Of a stretch of DNA of 64,000 nt, positions 58,424-64,000 are shown one piece after another. The translations under genes were made by a program, and so were the position numbers. Under the pieces are notes generated by a model. It did no database searches, was not told the origin of the DNA, and was given only the letters and a program-made list of their open reading frames with translations. Each line of letters begins with the position of its first letter. The first letter of the stretch is position 1. Source of the stretch: Schizochytrium sp. TIO01 (lineage: Eukaryota; Protista; Bigyra: Labyrinthulomycetes); the NCBI GenBank assembly GCA_004764695.1, contig SMSO01000033.1:1550001-1614000 (forward strand), read 5' to 3'.

Positions 58424-59885
58424 TTAGAATTTTTCCAGAGGTGAAAGAATAAACGAGGGTCAAGTAATACCTACTTTATTTTTACTATCTTTTGCATCTA
58501 TAAATCTTTCTTTTCCTTCTGATGTTTTCTGATGATGAAGTTTTTGTCGGAGGTCAACTTGCTTTGCTATTCTCTAAGAACGTAGAGCTATGTACCCAAG
58601 ATACTTGCTAACCAGCTAGACCATGTTTATAGAATCGTGCATTTAATTGTTTCCGCCTCAAGGTGCCGAAGCTTGCATCTTCCATTCTTAACTCCATTTG
58701 TTTGCCTCGGCGGCAATAGTAGTAAATCAACTTTTCCAAATGTTGCTTCGGCCAAAAGAAGATACCTCTCCACACTTCAACTTCTCACGCCCCCAGAACT
58801 AAGCTCGTCTCCACCGGACAACGGAATTGGAAACACTTTTATTGATATTAGAGACGCTTCGAACTTTAGAACTCGAACTACAAATAGGTAGGTAGGCTGT
58901 GGAAAGCACAACTCAGTCGCTCTTACCAGCCAAAGCCAAGGAACTTGCTAACCAAGGTTACCAGGATTTCACGCTCAGACCTTGAACTTTTCCGAAGTCA
59001 ACATCAAGTTGTGCACTATCTGTGCTGTCCGCAAACGATTATCTTAAATTCAACACCCTATCTACACACCTACTACCATTGGTAGTATTAAGAAATACCT
59101 TTAGTAATGTTTATGGACGGACCCCTGAGTTGCTTACCTGACGCTGCTAAATCTCAATTTCAGAGCCATTGTTTCTGGGTATTCGAATGCAAGTCTTTCT
59201 ACGGTCTAATGATCTGCGCAGATAGCTTACAAGGTATACTCTGTGAGCGATGTCACAGTTCCCCATGGACGAGTTCTACGTAGTATTGCTTGGACTACAA
59301 TTCGATAGGCCTCTCTCTACATACAGGCATTGATAGATAACATCATGCTATAGGAATTTAAGCAAATTAAATGTCGTGATATGTTGGTTATTGCAAGTTG
59401 GTCTTACACTTTAGCTTTAGACTTTTGACTTTTACCTTTGGAGCATAAACTTTTTCAGATACTCCTTATAAAACTTTGCTGATTCTTGAGCTTTGCTGAT
59501 ATGTGGTTTTTGGACAAGACACGTTGTAGGTTTACCCTTGTGCTATTAGGTGGTAGTGCCTGTTACTGTTTTGCTAATAAGGCGGCCTCCACATAGGCAC
59601 TCTTAGGTCGCACTTCGTATTGCTCGTAGCTCCTTTTAAATAAGTTTCCTGTGTGCAAGGTAAGCGTGCAACTTGCACAGCTAATTCAAGGCTGTCTTGT
59701 GTTGCATTACACGCAGTTAAGGACAGTGGAGTTAAGGTAAGGCAGGAGTAAGCTGGTTCTTAGATCGGAAGGCTTCACCAAGTCAGTGTGAGTGAAGGTA
59801 AATCAACCAAAACCTCTACCGAGATTGGATTGCTTAAAGACTTCTTCAAGTACTAGCCCAAAGGTTCTTCTCTGAAAGGTGCGAT

Positions 59886-60767
59886 ATGAAGGTATTTGTC
59901 ACTGGTGCTAGCGGATGGGTTGGCAGTGTTGTCACCAAGCTCCTGATCGAGCAAGGGCATGAAGTTTGTGGACTTGTGCGTTCAGATAATTCTGCTAGCC
60001 GAGTTGAGAATCTTGGTGCCACACCCATTCGCGGGAGTCTCGAAGATCTCGAGGTGATCAAATCTGCGAGCAATGACGCCGATGCCGTAATCCATACTGC
60101 ATTCAACCACGATGACTTCAACAAGTACCTTGAAAACTGTGAGGTTGATCGCAAGGTCATCAGCGCCATGCTTGATGCTCTCTCGGGCTCAGGGAAGAGT
60201 TTAATTGTTGCAACAGGACTTGTTGGACTCGGCGATGAGGAGTCTATGGCTGAAACCACAGGTGTCAAGGGCTTCCGAGGGGCAACGGAACCTATGCTTC
60301 TCAAGCGTGGTGAGAAGGAAAACGTAAGAGTCGCAAGCGTACGTCTGCCGCCATCCGTCCATGGAGTTGGTGACCAGGCATTCCTGAAGTACATCAACAA
60401 ATTCGCTACTGAGGCCAAAGTTTCTCCATACGTTCTCAACGGTAGCAACCGCTGGGCCACGGTTCACCGTGATGATGCTGCTAATGCCTTTGTGCTAGCA
60501 TTGACGAAAGGACCCGCTGGCCAGAGAATCCATGCTGTCGCGGAGGAGGTTCCATTCAAGGACATTGCAGAGGTGTTGGGAGAAAATTTGGATGTTCCTT
60601 GCAAATCAATGACTCCAGAGGAAGCTGCTGAGCACTTTACATTCTTAACTCCATTTGTGAGTACTGATTATACCGCCCCTACTGTAATCACCCGCACACG
60701 CCTTGGCTGGGAGCCAAAGAGCCCAGGACTGCTTGAGGACCTCCGTAACCCTGCGTATTTTGCATGA
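59886..60767 (+). CDS. NAD(P)-dependent epimerase/dehydratase, atypical SDR (293 aa)
   Basis: MKVFVTGASGWVGS Rossmann motif, ADAVIHTAFNHD, VRLPPSVHG, RWATVHRDDAA, RLGWEPKSPGLLEDL. Confidence 0.92.
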   Translation: MKVFVTGASGWVGSVVTKLLIEQGHEVCGLVRSDNSASRVENLGATPIRGSLEDLEVIKSASNDADAVIHTAFNHDDFNKYLENCEVDRKVISAMLDALSGSGKSLIVATGLVGLGDEESMAETTGVKGFRGATEPMLLKRGEKENVRVASVRLPPSVHGVGDQAFLKYINKFATEAKVSPYVLNGSNRWATVHRDDAANAFVLALTKGPAGQRIHAVAEEVPFKDIAEVLGENLDVPCKSMTPEEAAEHFTFLTPFVSTDYTAPTVITRTRLGWEPKSPGLLEDLRNPAYFA

Positions 60768-60970
60768 ACCCACTTTTCATGTTGATTGAAATGATTGGAG
60801 ATATGGCTCGGATTTCAGTCCATAAAGTCATGATAAATAACCTCGGTGATCACCTCTCATTTCCAAGTGCTCGAAGAGCATTCATTGAATCGTGATAAAA
60901 ATGGAAAAATAGGATTTAGTATTTGCAGCTACCCTGCTTCCAGCGCTTGCTTTGTCATGGTAGAATTAGT

Positions 60971-63644
60971 TCACTTTTCATCCACCTCCATGCCGCTATC
61001 AGCTGAGCCTTGTTTCTTCTTGCCTGCACCATTCTCATTGTCGCTGTCTTCGCTGTCGCTATCACTACTGCTGTCATCACTGTCACTGCTGCTGTCATCA
61101 CTATCACTGCTGCCACTACTCTTGTCATCCCCGTTGTCGTTGTCATCATCATCATCAGCATCTTTTTCGTCTTGCGTGTCCTCTCCATTGGTGTCTTGCG
61201 CGTCTTCTTCATCAGCTGCAGCAGTATTATCTGAACTCTTCTTATCATCGTCTTGTTTTGTAGGGATTGGCTTTTTCTTTTCCGACTCCTTAACATCCTC
61301 TGGTTCAGTTTCATTCGCCTTGTTGCTGTCTTCCATAATTTCGTCACCTGCAGAATCTTTCTCGTTTTGTTGAACTTCATTGTTTGCGTCTTCCTCCTTC
61401 TCTTGGCTTTGGTCTTCATTCGCGCTCCCAGTTCGGCGCTTCACCAAGAAAGATACGAGATCTTCAAGTTTTCCATTCTCAATTTTCTCAAGTGCTTCAA
61501 GGTTCGTTCTTGCCAAAAGACGAAAACCTCGCCAGCAATACGTAGGGTCGTTCTTTGGGTGATAGTCTTCCTCAATGCAATTTTCTGGGTCAATGGCGAC
61601 TTCCATGTCCTCCATGAAAACCTCAGTAGCAGGTGTAGGATTCGCTTCAGCTGTAGAAAGTGTATCTTGCCACTTGCTGATGTTTGACCGCCACAACTGG
61701 CGATTTGCTTTAACCTCAGTCTGCACTCGAGAAACACGGGCGGCCTTGGCACGTACCCGAGCGAGCTCTTCAGGATCCTGTGCTTCGCTTTCGTCCGTAG
61801 GTTGTCTTTCAAAGTTCGGGCACTTTGCTTGTTTCCACTGTATCCAATTACGCTCACGCGCGAGGATATGGTCAACATCTTGCACAAACTTCTCGCCATC
61901 TGGAGGAGTGTTTCGTAGAAGCTGTTCGACACGATACTCCAGGGCCACAAGACCAGTCGACTTATCTTCGAACTTTTTCAAAAGCGATTCTGAAATAGGT
62001 GCAGCAATTCCATGCGTATGGCGAAGTTGCTTGAGAGAATTGAGCAGTACAGAGAACTGACACAAGACATTCCGCCGCAGAGTTGGGTCTGTAAGCTGAA
62101 GGCGCAAAAGGCGACTACTGCTGAGGTACTTTGTGGGAAAGAACGATCCACTCGTGGTGTTTGTAGAATCAAGGTCTTCCATCTCTGTATCCATCGCATC
62201 ACTTGTTTTCCGCCGTTTGCTTGCGCGTGCAGCCATGGATTCTCGATCGAGGTCTGCCTGAGAAAAAGGATTTGATTCGAAGGCAGTAAGTACTACATTT
62301 GCAACTTCAGTAAATTGAGTCCAGGTTTTCACATCGCTGGCGCAGCCTCCCACTCTATCGACTCGAGACATGAAGAATCGCTGAAGTTCCCAGAAGCGGC
62401 TATACAACGTGTAATTGACCGCGTGTCGATCTGTGCTGGACGCAGCAACGGGGTCACTACTAGTTGTGCGCATGGTGTCATCGAAGGTGGACTCATCTTC
62501 GAAATCCGTCGAGTTACCCTCGTTATATGATCCAAGAAGATTCACACCGCTACGTTCTGACAAAGGAAATGCATAAGCAAGAAACATCATGACACGGCCA
62601 CAGAGAACAGTGTGATGGGACGCAGAAAGGCGACGTAGGAGGTAGTTTGCAATACGAAGCATGGCCATCTTTGATTTGGTAACCTTTTCAAAGGGCATGA
62701 GGTGCTTTGACGTAAGCACGCGGGTTCTGGATTCCACCATCACCCATGCAGGCTCCATGGCCTCGACTGTAATCGTTTGAAAGAGATCTTCGAACATAAG
62801 GAAGGCAAGTTCCTGACGCGCAAAGTTTGATTCTAGTGATAACATCAAACCAATGCTAATTAGACTATCTGCTCCCTCCAGACCTTTCTTCTGCAACAAT
62901 CTGTATTTTAAAAGGCCCAAGACCAAATAGAATTGACACATTCATTCCATGCATATTAGTTTTAAAAAATCGAATCATTCAAAATCAAACATCAGTCAGT
63001 TTCCAACATTGCCCCGGAACTTTGTAATCTGCCCTCGCTGACCCTACCTGTAGCAAAAACTAAAGACACCCTTCATCCATCTGCTGAGCGCAGCCGCAGG
63101 AGTACAAATGGATATTTATAGTGCTCTTGGATGGGTCTCTGCGATGAGCCATGCATGACGAGTAAGCATCCAAACCACAGGACGCAAGACACTTCATAGT
63201 TCAATCTCTCGGTACTATGTTTTCTATTTCAATAGCAGCAACGCCATGCAAGACAATTGTTTAAATGGTGGCTCATTTTCAAAAGCTTGTTCTTCGTTCA
63301 ACAGCCCTCATGATTATATAAAAGTGTCACAGTCCCGACTCGAAACTCTGATCATCTTGCGTATCAACGTACCTTCTTAGCGCAATGTTCACCGCAGAGC
63401 CAACTTCGTCTTGGGCTTCTGTGTCTGATACTCCTGAAGTGTTCACCAGAGCAGCTTTTGTCTCATGGCACTTTTCCATGAAAGTTTTGAGCGGAGCAAA
63501 GGTCGGGGCGCTAGCGGGATCTGATGCAGACGCAAGAGAAAGCTCGGCAGCGTGAGCAGCATCTATATCTGCCGCAACGGCGGAGCAGCATTCAGAGGCC
63601 GCTGCCTCAAGCGCTTGGACGCTCGCATCGAAGACAGCCGCCAT
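60971..63644 (-). CDS. THOC1: THO complex subunit 1 (Hpr1/THOC1); exons 63644-63373 and 62900-60971 (about 733 aa)
   Basis: LLRRLS..HTVLCGRVMMFLAYAFPLSERSGVNL, YSRFWELQRFF, KYLSSSRLLRLQLTD, RERNWIQWKQAKCPNF, YCWRGFRLL. The AG|GTACGT donor and TACAG| acceptor join in frame (NIALR-R-LLQKK). Confidence 0.9.
62901..63372 (-). other. 472-nt GT-AG spliceosomal intron of THOC1
   Basis: Donor GTACGT, branch-like ACTAAT about 50 nt before the acceptor, acceptor TTTTAAAATACAG; phase-2 splicing restores the frame. Confidence 0.75.
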
Positions 63645-64000
63645 GACAGCGTTCAGGAAGCCAACGAATCAGGCTCTCTGCTGGGGCTTTTCAGCGTTTC
63701 AAAGACAGGCCAATATTGCGGAGCTGACCAGACACCAAGAGATGTCTTCGCAGCGTATACCGCGACGACGGCAGCAAGATCGTGGAATGCTAACGATTGA
63801 AACTTGAAGGCTCTCGAATCAAAGCCCCAAGTAAATCTAATTGCCATATAAACATATAAACGCCAACTACTAGTAGGTACGTAAATATTCCTATACCATA
63901 CTGTTAGCATGAGGAGATAGTCTTGCTAAATTATTTATATGTGCGGGACTAGTTTCTGACATCCTGTAGTGCATTTCTTATAACGAGTTCGTCCGTCTGT

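Noticed and set aside
60846-61419. Overlapping ORFs at the THOC1 3' end
   Set aside because: Frame and antisense shadows of the low-complexity Asp/Ser tail
62901-62941. GTG start of THOC1 as given in the ORF track
   Set aside because: Lies within the intron; the upstream ATG exon splices in frame

Overview
Eukaryotic, intron-poor genomic DNA. The H3 sequence, gene content and single-exon genes separated by long AT-richer spacers suggest a stramenopile, probably a thraustochytrid/labyrinthulomycete (inference). About 16 protein-coding genes are supported: prominin/Tweety-like 5TM protein, CBA1-like periplasmic-binding-fold protein, PUS1/TruA, BAR-GRAM-VASt lipid-transfer protein, a divergent histone H3/H4 pair, a mucin-like membrane protein, 1-Cys peroxiredoxin, NIPA transporter with a PDZ-like domain, GH79 heparanase-like protein, IQ-repeat protein, long coiled-coil protein, EGF-7TM protein, arylsulfatase with PAN domains, an atypical SDR, and a two-exon THOC1. 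Main observations: (1) two unrelated genes each carry an apparent +1 frame break that best maps to the same heptamer AGTACTA just before a TGA, either a systematic sequencing error or recoding; (2) the H3/H4 pair is a mirror-symmetric unit with a ~270-bp palindromic bidirectional promoter and a shared 3' stem-loop with a non-canonical purine-starting loop; (3) the GH79 protein lacks its acid/base glutamate; (4) decayed inverted and direct fragments of the SDR gene lie upstream of it. No tRNA, rRNA, CRISPR array or intact transposon was recognised.
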